A stretch of DNA of 64,000 nt, taken from the NCBI GenBank assembly GCA_963663765.2, contig CAXXUA010000004.1:832001-896000 (forward strand). Reading direction: 5' to 3'. Both the position numbers and the translations under genes were made by a program. Position 1 is the stretch's first letter, and each line of letters begins with the position of its first letter. The notes under the pieces are model-generated. The model did no database searches. It had not been told where the DNA came from and saw only the letters and a program-made list of their open reading frames with translations. The stretch is from Candidatus Poribacteria bacterium (GTDB lineage Bacteria > Poribacteria > WGA-4E > WGA-3G). This document shows positions 39,417 through 50,106 of this stretch, piece by piece.

Positions 39417-40880
39417 TTATTCTATAATAACTTCCGGTCGATTTTCTAACATCCATTCTGTATGGAATATGGTCGGTTCTCCATCTGCACCGACAACGGT
39501 GTTCCCATCTGCATCCAATTTATGGTAGGTATGAGCACCAAAATAATCACGCATCGCTTGAATAAGGTTAGCTGAGAGGCTGCTACTACGGTAGCTATCA
39601 AAATATGCTAACGCCGAACTGAATGCGGGAATTGGGACACCAAGTTGTGTAGCGGTACTAATGACATTCCGCCAGTGCGGTTGTGCTGTTTCTATCACAC
39701 CGCGAAAATAGGAGTCAAGCAATAGATTCGGCAGATCAGAATTGCGATCAAACGCCTCCGTAATGCGATGCAGAAACTTAGCACGAATGATACATCCACC
39801 ACGCCAACCTAAAGCGATTGTACCAAGGTCCAAATTCCATTCATATTCATTGCTTGCTTCGCGCATCAACGCGAAACCTTGTGCATAAGAACAGATTTTT
39901 GCAGCATAGAGCGCATCATGGATCGCCTGCAAGGCTGCCTCTCGGTTTCCATCAAAAGTACCTATCGGTCCTTTAATAACCTTGGAAGCATCAACGCGTT
40001 CACTCTTAATTGCAGAGATACAACGTGCAAAAACTGCTTCAGCGATTGTTGGTGCAGCTATACCGAGGTCTAAAGCTGATATACTGGTCCATTTTCCTGT
40101 CCCTTTTTGTCCTGCTTGGTCAAGAACGACATCAACAAATGGAACACCGTTTGCATCTTTTTGTGTAAAAATGTCCGCAGTAATTTCAATAAGATAGGAA
40201 TTAAGTTCACCCTGATTCCACTGCTTGAACACTGTATGCATCTCGTCAACGTTCATTCCCAAGATGTTTTTCATAAGTGAATATGCTTCACAAATCAACT
40301 GCATATCACCATATTCAATACCGTTATGCACCATTTTGACATAATGTCCAGCACCGTTGGGACCGATGTATGAACAGCAAGGTGTACCATCTACCTGCGC
40401 AGCGATTTTCGTGAAAATTGGTTCAACGAGTGAATACGCTTCTGCAGAACCCCCAGGCATCATTGCGGGTCCTTTTAATGCGCCTTCTTCTCCACCAGAG
40501 ATTCCTGTTCCAATAAATAAAATATCCTGTTCTGAAAGGTCAGTGTGCCTGCGGATGGTATCGTTGAAATTGGAATTACCACCATCAATAATCAGATCAC
40601 CTTTAGAAAGATGCGGAGCGAGTAACTCAATGAACGCATCAACAGGTTCACCTGCTTTTACCATCAAGATTATTTTACGTGGCGTGTCTAATTTTTCAAT
40701 AAACTCTGTGATAGAGTGCGTTCCGATGATGTTTTTTCCATCTGCTGCCCCTGATAAGAAGTCATCAACTCGAGAGACGGTTCGGTTAAAAACCGCTACT
40801 TCAAAACCCTTGCTTTCCATATTCAGTGCGAGGTTTTCACCCATCACTGCTAATCCGATGAGACCGATATCTGCTGCCAA
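39417..40880 (-). CDS. gnd: NADP-dependent 6-phosphogluconate dehydrogenase (TTG start)
   Basis: IGLIGLAVMG, GHYVKMVHNGIEY, WRGGCIIR and RDYFGAHTY, with GGAGG upstream of the TTG at 40880. Confidence 0.95.
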   Translation of the reverse strand: MAADIGLIGLAVMGENLALNMESKGFEVAVFNRTVSRVDDFLSGAADGKNIIGTHSITEFIEKLDTPRKIILMVKAGEPVDAFIELLAPHLSKGDLIIDGGNSNFNDTIRRHTDLSEQDILFIGTGISGGEEGALKGPAMMPGGSAEAYSLVEPIFTKIAAQVDGTPCCSYIGPNGAGHYVKMVHNGIEYGDMQLICEAYSLMKNILGMNVDEMHTVFKQWNQGELNSYLIEITADIFTQKDANGVPFVDVVLDQAGQKGTGKWTSISALDLGIAAPTIAEAVFARCISAIKSERVDASKVIKGPIGTFDGNREAALQAIHDALYAAKICSYAQGFALMREASNEYEWNLDLGTIALGWRGGCIIRAKFLHRITEAFDRNSDLPNLLLDSYFRGVIETAQPHWRNVISTATQLGVPIPAFSSALAYFDSYRSSSLSANLIQAMRDYFGAHTYHKLDADGNTVVGADGEPTIFHTEWMLENRPEVIIE

Positions 40881-40914
40881 ATTTATGTCCTCCAATGATG
40901 TTTTGTGCTTGTAT

Positions 40915-40943
40915 ATCATACACTGCAAGAAGCATAATGTCAA
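40915..40943 (-). promoter_or_regulatory. Sigma70-type promoter of gnd
   Basis: TTGACA-N17-TATGAT upstream of the RBS. Confidence 0.65.
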
Positions 40944-40964
40944 CTGCAAATAATTGGTAAGTAA

Positions 40965-41424
40965 CGACTTGTGCCAGTTAACTAAATGTTTATACTAAAT
41001 TCACATATATTGGGTATGGTATATAAACATTTCGTCCCTACTGGACTAAAGATCATCCAAAGCAAAAGAACGACGGTTAAATCCTCTTGTCTATGTGAAG
41101 TAATTTTTAATAAATACTTATTTAGCACAAGTCGCTACTTTCAGGCAATTGGTAATTTTTTCTGTACACGAATCTTGTCTATGACTGGGTTTTTCCGAAG
41201 ATAAAATTACCAATTTTACCAATTAGTAACTTAACGTAAATTGAGCAATATCCTGATTTGTGCCAGTTAACTAAATATTTATACTAAATTCACATATGTT
41301 GGGTATGATATATAAACATTTCGTCCCTACAGGACTGAAGATCGTTTCAACCTATGAGGGACACCTGCAAAACGTTATGCTTATGTGAAACAATGGTTTA
41401 CATAAAGTCATTTAGCACAACTCG
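40965..41424. mobile_element. Two copies of MITE family G (40965-41134 and about 41254-41424)
   Basis: Ends CGACTTGTGC(C/T)A...TAGCACAA(G/C)TCG with the internal CGTCCCTACNGGACT REP. A third copy lies inverted at 54706-54981. Confidence 0.75.
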
Positions 41425-41448
41425 TTAAGTAATAAGTTTCAATATATT

Positions 41449-42830
41449 ATAACGCAAGTTGCTACCTATAAGGTATAGACGAATAAACACCGTTTTTTAT
41501 AGAGTATAATACACTTTTCGGTAGTATTTGTAGCACAAACTGTATAATGATTAATTTATTAATTCGGTAATAAATTTTTCTCACACGGTAGGCGTGCTTT
41601 GTAAGCGCGCTGTTGAGACGTGATGTGCCAGCGCGCTTACAAAGCAGGTCTACCATCGGGGCGCGCTTACAAAGCACGCCTGCAGTTGGGGGGCGCGCTT
41701 ACAAAGCACGTCTACCATCGGGGCGCGCTTACAAAGCACGTCTACCATCGGGGCGCGCTTACAAAGCATGCCTGCAGTTGGGGGGCGCGCTTACAAAGCA
41801 CGTCTGCAGGGGAGTGCATGTGGGGGGCGCGCTTACAAAGCACGCCTGCAGGGGAGTGCATGTGAGGGGCGCACTTACAAAGCACGCCTGCAGTTGGGGA
41901 GCGCGCTTACAAAGCACGCCTGCAGTTGGGGGGCGCGCTTACAAAGCACGCCTGCAGGGGGAGTGCAGTTGGGGGGCGCGCTTACAAAGCACGCCTGCAG
42001 GGGAGTGCATGTGAGGGGCGCACTTACAAAGCACGCCTGCAGTTGGGGAGCGCGCTTACAAAGCACGCCTGCAGTTGGGGGGCGCGCTTACAAAGCAGGT
42101 CTACCATCGGGGCGCGCTTACAAAGCACGCCTGCAGTTGGGGGGCGCGCTTACAAAGCACGCCTGCAGTTGGGGGGCGCGCTTACAAAGCACGTCTACCA
42201 TCGGGGTGCGCTTACAAAGCACGTCTACTATCGGGGCGCGCTTACAAAGCACGCCTGCAGTTGGGGAGCGCGCTTACAAAGCACGCCTGCAGGGGAGTGC
42301 ATGTGGGGGGCGCGCTTACAAAGCACGCCTGCAGTTGGGGAGCGCGCTTACAAAGCACGCCTGCAGTTGGGGAGCGCGCTTACAAAGCACGCCTGCAGGG
42401 GAGTGCAGTTGGGGGGGGCGCTTACAAAGCACGCCTACAGTTGGGGGGCGCGCTTACAAAGCACGCCTGCAGGAGAGTGCAAGTGGGGGGAGCGCTTACA
42501 AAGCACGCCTGCAGGAGAGTGCAAGTGGGGGGCGCGCTTACAAAGCACGCCTGCAGTTGGGGAGCGCGCTTACAAAGCACGCCTGCAGGGGAGTGCAGTT
42601 GGGGGGCGCGCTTACAAAGCACGTCTACCATCGGGGCGCGCTTACAAAGCACGCCTACCAAGATGGGTTAGATTGAATTACCTAATTTATTTCTTAATCT
42701 TCATTTAGTTTGTGCATCTTTATGACTCAAACTAACAGTTTGTGCTACAAAATATAGGCTATTAATCAGCATTTTTTGATAATAGATGGTGTTTCTAGGT
42801 CTAATTATTGTAGATAGCAACTTGGGTTAT
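41449..42830. mobile_element. Nested MITEs enclosing the REP array
   Basis: Outer imperfect TIR ATAAC(G/C)CAAGTTGCTA at 41449 and 42830. Inner perfect 17-bp TIR TTTGTAGCACAAACTGT at 41527 and 42751. Confidence 0.7.
41587..42660 (+). repeat. REP doublet whose right arm is amplified to 30 copies with three linker classes
   Basis: One inverted GGTAGGCGTGCTTTGTAAGCGCGC, then 30 copies of GCGCGCTTACAAAGCACG(C/T)CT in units of about 30, 32 and 42-44 bp. Confidence 0.95.
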
Positions 42831-43292
42831 TATAGTGAAATCCAAAAATATATCTACACTCCCTGGTGAGGGTTATTCAGTTTTCAATATTTTTGATAGT
42901 ATTTTGCTATTCCGTTAATATTATGTGATACCATAATATTATGTGATACCATCTTGTCCATGTTTTTAGTTCCGTAGGAACGATATGTTTATAGAAAATG
43001 TTTTCTACCCCAATTGAGTTCCGTAGGAACGACATAGAAGAATAAACATATCGTCCCTACGGGACTAAAGAACTGGGGGAGGGTATTCGTTTTCTATAAA
43101 TATATCGTCCCTACCAAATCAACGCCAAATGCGCCAAATCAACGGTATGAATGCCATTAAGGCATTCCCCGTATGGCATTTGTCGGGACTAAATAGCGAT
43201 GTTCATGTTTCAATAATCTAAAATTGATGTATAAAGTTCGGTAAGGAAACCGAACCTACCGTCGTGTCAAAGTAATTATGGATTTTACTATA
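42831..43292. mobile_element. F-like MITE containing a truncated family E element and an X+Y insert (43115-43184)
   Basis: TATAGTGAAATCCA...TGGATTTTACTATA. 42869 to about 43235 is an inverted homolog of about 58855-59164. Confidence 0.65.
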
Positions 43293-43305
43293 AATGGAGC
43301 TGATT

Positions 43306-43442
43306 TATAGTAGATTTTAGAATTATTTTTACACTATCAGGTGTAGGAAGGAACTCCGATTCCCGACTATCAAGGCGTTCAGTCGCGATTCGGAGATCGC
43401 TCCTACAGAACAAGTGTAAACTTAATTGTATATTTTACTATA
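43306..43442. mobile_element. MITE family F copy
   Basis: Near-identical to 33597-33733. Confidence 0.88.
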
Positions 43443-43461
43443 AAGAAGTCTGGTGGTTTGT

Positions 43462-43645
43462 TTGTCGTTTGAACGAAGTTTCACAGGATTATAGGATTTT
43501 CAGGATTGAGCCTCTGTGGTAGGTGAGAATCGCGTAGAATTGATATTAGCAATCGGTTACGCAAATTATGGGGCAATCCTTGTTGAGATCATGATGAGAA
43601 ATAATCCTGTGAAACTGAAAATTCTGAAAATCTTGGTCCAGACAA
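43462..43645. repeat. Inverted repeat built from 9-bp CAGGATTTT-like subunits
   Basis: CAGGATTATAGGATTTTCAGGATT...AATCCTGTGAAACTGAAAATTCTGAAAATCTTGGTCCAGACAA, related to 24465-24591. Confidence 0.6.
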
Positions 43646-45139
43646 CTAACTCATTACCTGCCAAATTGGTTCCGCACCCTCAACACCAACGAGTTTTTGG
43701 TCTAATCCGCTATGGAAGTAAGTGAGTTGATTCGGGGCAATGCCAAGTTGATGAAGGATTGTAGCGTGCAGATGTCTGACATGGAAAGGGTCTTTGGCAG
43801 CCGCACTACCGAGTTCATCTGTCTCGCCAACACTGATACCACCTTTGATGCCACCACCCGCCATCCACATCGTGAAACCGTATGAGTTGTGGTCACGACC
43901 TGTGCCTTTTGCGTACTCTGCTGTTGGTTGGCGACCAAATTCACCACCCCATACAACAAGTGTTTCGTCAAGTAATCCGCGTTGTTTTAGGTCTTTCAGT
44001 AGACCAGCAATCGGTTTATCAGTTGCTTTGGCATGTTTGTTATGGTTTCTCTCAATGTCGCTATGTGCGTCCCAATTATCATCGTTATGTGCTCCCCCAG
44101 AATAGAGTTGAATGAACCGCACACCACGTTCAACTAATCGCCTTGCCAAAAGGCATTTTCTACCAAATTCCTCTGTCTCTTTCTCATTAATCCCGTACAG
44201 TGTATTGATGTATTCTGGTTCGCTATCCAAATTGACCGCTTCTGGTGCGGCAGATTGCATCTTAAAGGCTAACTCATAGCTTGAAATTCGAGCGGCGAGA
44301 TCGGTGTTGTCAGTCCGTTTAGAGAGATGGGTAGAATTAAATTTGCGCAAATAATCCAGTAGTCTGCGCTGTTCGCTTTCGGACATATCTTTTGCACGTT
44401 CCAAATTCAGTATCGGAGTGCCTTCTGAGCGAAAAACTGTACCTTGATAAACGGCAGGCATATACCCGCTACTCCAATTCTTCGCACCGCTAATTGGACC
44501 ACCCGTCCGGTCAAGCATAACGACATATCCAGGTAAATTCTCGTTCTCACTACCAAGACCATAGTTCACCCAAGAACCGAGTGATGGGTGACCGCTTAGT
44601 ATACGACCTGCGTTCATCATCAGCATCGCTGAACCGTGTAATGGTGAGTCTGCTGTCATTGATTTGATAAAGGCAATGTCATCAACACACGTTGCAATGT
44701 GTGGAAATAGTCCTGACACCCACTGTCCTGACTCACCGTGCTGTTTGAATTCCCATTTAGGACCGACGATGCGACCCTGATTCCTCTCACCACCACGTCC
44801 TTTTGTTTTTACTTGAACGGTTTTGTCGTTGAGTTCCGCCAATTTCGGTTTGTAATCAAAGGTATCAACATGGCTTGGACCGCCATACATGAATAGGAAT
44901 ATTACGCGCTTAGCCTTCGGTGTGAAGTGCGACGGTTTCGGCGCGAGGGGATTTTGATAGGGGGTTACACCGTCTGCTGCAAACGCTTGTGAATTGAGGA
45001 ATCCATCAGTGGATAATAGTCCTGTCAAGGCAAGCGATGCGAAACCTCCAGCGATGTTACCGATAAATTCCCTACGAGTTTGACCACAAAAACTACCTAC
45101 AGAATCTGTTCCTTTCTTAATCTTTGATTGACTATTCAT
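43646..45139 (-). CDS. DUF1501 family protein with a twin-arginine-like leader
   Basis: TRREFI, FMYGGPSHVDTFD, ARRLVERGVRF, WDAH and GEFGR. Confidence 0.9.
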   Translation of the reverse strand: MNSQSKIKKGTDSVGSFCGQTRREFIGNIAGGFASLALTGLLSTDGFLNSQAFAADGVTPYQNPLAPKPSHFTPKAKRVIFLFMYGGPSHVDTFDYKPKLAELNDKTVQVKTKGRGGERNQGRIVGPKWEFKQHGESGQWVSGLFPHIATCVDDIAFIKSMTADSPLHGSAMLMMNAGRILSGHPSLGSWVNYGLGSENENLPGYVVMLDRTGGPISGAKNWSSGYMPAVYQGTVFRSEGTPILNLERAKDMSESEQRRLLDYLRKFNSTHLSKRTDNTDLAARISSYELAFKMQSAAPEAVNLDSEPEYINTLYGINEKETEEFGRKCLLARRLVERGVRFIQLYSGGAHNDDNWDAHSDIERNHNKHAKATDKPIAGLLKDLKQRGLLDETLVVWGGEFGRQPTAEYAKGTGRDHNSYGFTMWMAGGGIKGGISVGETDELGSAAAKDPFHVRHLHATILHQLGIAPNQLTYFHSGLDQKLVGVEGAEPIWQVMS

Positions 45140-45189
45140 AACCTCACTCCAATCTTAGGTTTTGTTTTGAAATTCAAAAACAGTTCAAA

Positions 45190-48102
45190 TTAATCTACAA
45201 ATATAAATTCGTTTAAATTCAACGCCAGCAACGCGAATCGAGTAAGCGCGACTTCTGAACTCAGAGCATCTTTTTGTTGAAGTTCCTGTATAAATGTTAA
45301 CGCGTGTTGAATCTCAGTTGCTACCGGTTCACGACAAAGCACAAGTCGTAGTCCAAATTTCACACGCTCTTCGACCGTCTCACCACCTTCCGATTGCATC
45401 TTGTTTGCAAATGCTTGAGCTTGATCATTGATAAATTTCCCATTTAGCATCGTCAGCGATTGGGTCGGCACCGTCGTTGAAAAACGAACTGGACATGTCG
45501 AATCGGTATTCGCTTGGTCGAATTGGTTCAGAATAGGAACAAGCAACGAACGCTTAATTTTTACATAAACACTCCGTCGGTTCGCCTCATCTGGTGGGGA
45601 TTTCCCCCACACACTCCCTGGTCTTGAAGCTGTTGCCAACACTTCTTGTGGTAGTTCAGGAAAAACACTCGGTCCTCCCATTTTAAGGTTCAACTTTCCA
45701 GTATTCCAAAGCACTGTGTCACGAATTTCTTCTGCTGCCAAGCGGCGAATGTTGAATCGCCAGAATAGATCATTGTTCGCATCCTGTTGAATGTAATCCG
45801 AGTGACTCTGAGATGACATACGATATGTGCTTGAGGTCATAATGAGTTTATGTATCGTTTTTAATCGCCAACCAGACGCGATGAATTCAGACGCAAGCCA
45901 ATCGAGAAGTTCTGGATGTGTTGGGGGTGTACCTAACTTGCCAAAATCGTTGGAAGACCGTACAATTCCTCGTCCGAAATGATACTGCCAAATGCGATTA
46001 GCCATCACGCGTGCTGTAAGTGGGTTTTCAGCACGTCCCACCCATTCAGCAAAAACGCGCCGTTTTCCAGACGGTTTGCCATCTTTTGGATTTAACTGTA
46101 TGTTCTCTGCACGTGAATTCAGCACTTCAGGAAATGCAGGTTTTACCTCGCGCCCTACGAGATGCGGATTGCCACGCCGAAGAATATGCGTCGGTGTCTG
46201 TCCATTCTCCGAAACAGCTAAAGCAAGATAGTCGTAAGGTACACGTCGACGTCGAATGTTATCTCGCTGTTTTTTCAGTTCATTGTATTGATCTACCAAC
46301 ACCTTTAGTGGTGGGTTGCCTTTAATTCTTTCTGTATGTGTTTTTATGAGTTCGTCAAAATTGATCGTGGCAGCTGTTGAAAGAGACTGTTTCTCAAGAT
46401 TTGGTCCAGACCACGAGATTTCCAGATGTGGTTTATCTACATCTTTGATGAAATACTCAAGACGAATCGGCACATCACCAACTTCAAGAGTTAGTTGTGT
46501 TTCACTATCACCACTCAATTCACTGACTAATTGACCATTGAGAATTAGTCTAAAGGCACCATTCAGAACAAGGTGGAACGTATAGGTCGCATTTTCCGGT
46601 ACTTGTAATGTCCCTTCAAAGACCAAGCCGAAGTTCTTCTTTCGGTTTGCAGGTGCGAGTGTAAATAAGTTTCTAAATAATTTACCCTCGGCGGTAGGTT
46701 CAAGAGAATCAAAATCGTTAGGAAACTGTTCAAAGGTGTCACGATAGAAACGGTAGGTCAAGTCACGAATTGGAGACACCACGATGTCAGGTGCTATCGG
46801 TTCTGGATGAATCTTAGCGAGTTCTATTTTGATGTTTTCTTGTATTTGAAAGAGATCATCTTGGCATTTTTCTTCTGCTTGTCGTTTTTCAGCCAGTTGT
46901 CTGTCACGTTCAGCTTGCTGTTCAGGTGTACCTATGTCGGCATGCGGTCCACTGTTATGGGGAGTGATGTCATGGAAAAACGCAAGAAAACTGTAATAGT
47001 CATGTGTTGAAATAGGGTCAATTTTATGGTCATGGCATCGCGCACAACCAATTGTCATACCAAGCATCACTTGTCCGGTCGTAGAAACAATATCGTCAAG
47101 ATAGTCGTACCGAGCAAGTTTCCGATCCGCTGGCCCATTGTCCCAAACACCGAGTCTATGATACCCAGTCGCAATGATAGTCTCTGGAGATACGGTATCA
47201 AGTTCATCACCTGCCAATTGTTCCTTGATGAATTCATCATACGGTTTGTCTTGGTTGAACGCGTTAATGACATAGTCTCTGTATCGCCATACATAAGGCT
47301 TGTCAGAATCACTTTCATAACCGTTTGTCTCAGCGTACCGTACAAGATCAAGCCAATGTCGTCCCCATTTTTCACCATACCGAGGTGATTCCAGAAGTTC
47401 GTCAATTAGTTTCTCATAAGCGAATGGTGAAGTGTTATTTAAAAAGGAGTCCACTGCTTCTGGGGAAGGTGGTAATCCTGTGAGATCATAGTATGCCCGA
47501 CGAATAAGCGTCAGTTTGCTTGCGGGAGCGGCGGGGGTATAACAGCGTTCCTCCAGTTTTGCAAGAATAAACGCGTCAATTGGATTCCTCACCCAATCTA
47601 ATGAATACACCGATGGCACTTGAGGTCGTCTTAACGGACGGTATGCCCAATAATCGGATGCAGTTTCAGAAACCGATATGACGTTTCCATCTTGATCGGG
47701 ATATGGAAGTCCCATGTTAATCCACTTTGCTAACACCTCAAGCGAGGCATCATCTAACTTACCATCTGGCGGCATCTCTGCTGTTTCTTGACCGTAACCA
47801 ACCATCTCAAGCAAGAAACTGTCATCAGGTTCTTCTAACGACACCGCGGCTCCGTAATGTCCACCTTCAAGTATCTTTTCCCTATTCGTCAATTCAAGTC
47901 CACCCTGCACTTCGGCTTCACCACCGTGGCATTGGAAACAGTTTTGTTCAAGAATCGGTTTCACTTGAGTGTTAAAGAATTCAGCCTTTTCTTTATCACT
48001 CAGATTATTCGCATGACTGGTACTCAGAAAAATCAACGCACATAAGATAACAATAATACCAAAACAGAAATGATAAGAATGTTGCATAGTTTCTCCATTC
48101 AA
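45190..48102 (-). CDS. PSD1/planctomycete cytochrome c protein (DUF1549 + PA14-like + DUF1553)
   Basis: CFQCHG, CARCHDHK, WLDLVRYAET, NPLTARVMANRIW and PTHPELLDWLA. Confidence 0.9.
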   Translation of the reverse strand: MNGETMQHSYHFCFGIIVILCALIFLSTSHANNLSDKEKAEFFNTQVKPILEQNCFQCHGGEAEVQGGLELTNREKILEGGHYGAAVSLEEPDDSFLLEMVGYGQETAEMPPDGKLDDASLEVLAKWINMGLPYPDQDGNVISVSETASDYWAYRPLRRPQVPSVYSLDWVRNPIDAFILAKLEERCYTPAAPASKLTLIRRAYYDLTGLPPSPEAVDSFLNNTSPFAYEKLIDELLESPRYGEKWGRHWLDLVRYAETNGYESDSDKPYVWRYRDYVINAFNQDKPYDEFIKEQLAGDELDTVSPETIIATGYHRLGVWDNGPADRKLARYDYLDDIVSTTGQVMLGMTIGCARCHDHKIDPISTHDYYSFLAFFHDITPHNSGPHADIGTPEQQAERDRQLAEKRQAEEKCQDDLFQIQENIKIELAKIHPEPIAPDIVVSPIRDLTYRFYRDTFEQFPNDFDSLEPTAEGKLFRNLFTLAPANRKKNFGLVFEGTLQVPENATYTFHLVLNGAFRLILNGQLVSELSGDSETQLTLEVGDVPIRLEYFIKDVDKPHLEISWSGPNLEKQSLSTAATINFDELIKTHTERIKGNPPLKVLVDQYNELKKQRDNIRRRRVPYDYLALAVSENGQTPTHILRRGNPHLVGREVKPAFPEVLNSRAENIQLNPKDGKPSGKRRVFAEWVGRAENPLTARVMANRIWQYHFGRGIVRSSNDFGKLGTPPTHPELLDWLASEFIASGWRLKTIHKLIMTSSTYRMSSQSHSDYIQQDANNDLFWRFNIRRLAAEEIRDTVLWNTGKLNLKMGGPSVFPELPQEVLATASRPGSVWGKSPPDEANRRSVYVKIKRSLLVPILNQFDQANTDSTCPVRFSTTVPTQSLTMLNGKFINDQAQAFANKMQSEGGETVEERVKFGLRLVLCREPVATEIQHALTFIQELQQKDALSSEVALTRFALLALNLNEFIFVD

Positions 48103-48315
48103 ATATAGAATAATGTGTGAAGCACAGTAGAGTTACTTTCATTTTGCGTAATAAAACACTAACGCATAAGAACATTTCAGCAGAAAATTACTATCTGTAC
48201 TGTGATAAATCAAAGTCAAATTTCAAAATGATAACATATTTTACATAAAGAAATCTATGAAAATCTGTTAATTCCCCAAAAATCATCCATTTTGTTGAGT
48301 TTGTCCATAATTACT

Positions 48316-49878
48316 TTACAACGAATCTAATGTTTCTTCCGTTTCAGTTTGCAGGACAGAAATTCGCGCAAGAAATGCATTAATGCTTCCCTTCTTGCAA
48401 AACCAATTACCTGTTGCCCCTAACTTAAACCGTTGTCCACGGGCAAACTGGTGGCGAATTTGTCCTGTGTCACCGGGCGGAATATCCCACGCTGAAGCGA
48501 GAGCATCATCTGGATACCCTTCAGTGGGCAGTTCAACATCAGCGTCAAATAGATCAAAAGAACCTTCTGCCTCACCCCCACCCACCTGTATATCAATAAT
48601 GAGCGTGCCACCTTGTTCATAAGACGTAGCGTCAATTTCAGTAGGTGTGTAATCCTGATAACCGTCTCCCGGACCACGAAAAACGTTCAAAACCTCCATT
48701 GATTGTTCACGCAAGTTCAAGTCCAATTTTGACACCAATTTCACTCTATTTTCGCTGGCAACGTTGGTGTTCATAACTTTGCCTTTCGCAACGTTTGCTA
48801 ACTGTGTTAAATATCTTTGTGCCGGATTGCGGCTCGGTAGTTTGTTTTCTGGCTGGTGCAAAATTAACTCTGCTTGGGGATTCAGCACCTGAATATCCAC
48901 TGCACCGACGTAATTTTCTTTGAGTGTTTTAGCAAAAACTCTGACCTTTTCACCCTCTGAATCCTCAATCCATGCTGACAAATCGCGAAAGAGCACACAA
49001 GTATTGACAAAATTCTCGTTCAGCACTTTGATGAGTTCCGAATTTGAGAGCGGACCCGCTCTCAAGTTTTTACCGTTCGCTCAGCAGGATTCATCGTCCA
49101 ACGGTCCCCAACTGATGACCGCATGCATCGGAAGCTGCGTCGCAGTTGCTTTTTCAACTGCCTCCTCAAGCGGTAGCCAATCAATTTCAGCGAACTTGTA
49201 GAACTTCAATTCCAATCTTTTGCGTGTCTCTTCGGATGTGACTGAACCGTCCCAATCAATTTCGTCCGGTGCTTTAGTTGAGGTGGCATGGAGTTTCATA
49301 CGCGGCACGAAAACCATGTCAGCATACCCAAAGTCATTGATATCCACATTGCTATTGCGCGGTGGTAGCGCGAGTGAAAAGTCACAAACGATACCTGTTT
49401 TTAGGTTGATGAGCAAACACCCAGCAAATTGTGATGGAATAAAGCGAGCGACATCCATATCATCATCGTTACGGCGTTTCGATTCCGGTTTGGGACGGGT
49501 CGCCAAAGTAAACTCTGCATGAATTCGGAACGTAATGTCTGCGTAGTCCGGCGAAAGTGCACGTAAACAGGCGAAAGCCCCTTCCTGTCCGTTGCCCAAT
49601 TTCCCTGTAGCACCCGGGTGAAATTGTGAAAGAAACGGAATAACTCTGTCCAGATCAAGCTCCCAAACATCGCCTACCGTCACATTTGACGTTGGAAGAA
49701 AGGCGTTGAAAGCCTCTACTTTATACTCTCTGGTAGGTTCGTTTGGTGCCAGATCAAAGAGTTCCATGTTTTCTGGTGAGTCTTGGTGTAGGTCGTAGGT
49801 TGCATCGGCAATTGGGTCCCAATGTGCATAGATTTGTAAAGTTGCTGTATTTTTCAAGACACTGTTAAGGTCTACCAT
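48316..49878 (-). CDS. Selenoprotein N-like protein, 520 aa, Sec (UGA) at codon 266 (49081-49083)
   Basis: ORFs 49081..49878 and 48316..49065 are in frame: WGPLDDESC-tga-ANGKNLRAGPLS. FRIHAEF, PSQFAG and NVD match SELENON as remembered. Confidence 0.85.
49044..49065 (-). promoter_or_regulatory. Putative bacterial SECIS hairpin
   Basis: UUGAGAGCG-GGUC-CGCUCUCAA: a 9-bp stem with a G-initial 4-nt loop 24 nt after the UGA. Confidence 0.75.
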
Positions 49879-49970
49879 CGATTTTCCCCTTTACGTGATT
49901 CATACTATAACATGAGTTTGATAATAGATATATGAACTTCATTTTGCATAAAATCTTCTTCTCATAAACC

Positions 49971-49998
49971 CGGTAGGTGCGGTTTCCTAACCGCACCG
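49971..49998 (+). repeat. Single GTAG REP-like hairpin, possibly inside a decayed MITE (about 49911-50028)
   Basis: GGTAGGTGCGGTTTCCTAACCGCACCG. Confidence 0.6.
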
Positions 49999-50106
49999 AG
50001 TCCAAAAATCTGATTTATCATATTCACGTTACTATAGGTTCATGGACTATAAATTATACATGCTACGGACGAATTTTGCCATACCTATCGTATCATAAAT
50101 TTCAGG

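Noticed and set aside
40881-40949. Longer N-terminus of gnd from the ORF track (likewise acpP, fabH and recG)
   Set aside because: RBS or promoter positions and family N-termini support the downstream starts.
41587-42660. CRISPR array
   Set aside because: The linkers are only about 9-22 bp and come from three recurring types rather than unique spacers. No cas genes are present, and the unit is a REP also found in MITE D.
41613-42708. ORFs of 63-302 aa across the GC-rich array
   Set aside because: They are open in several frames on both strands because of the repeat, so they are artefacts.
48316-49065. Independent 249-aa gene starting at TTG 49065
   Set aside because: It has no RBS, the start lies in the SECIS-like stem, and the SelN-like similarity runs across the upstream UGA.
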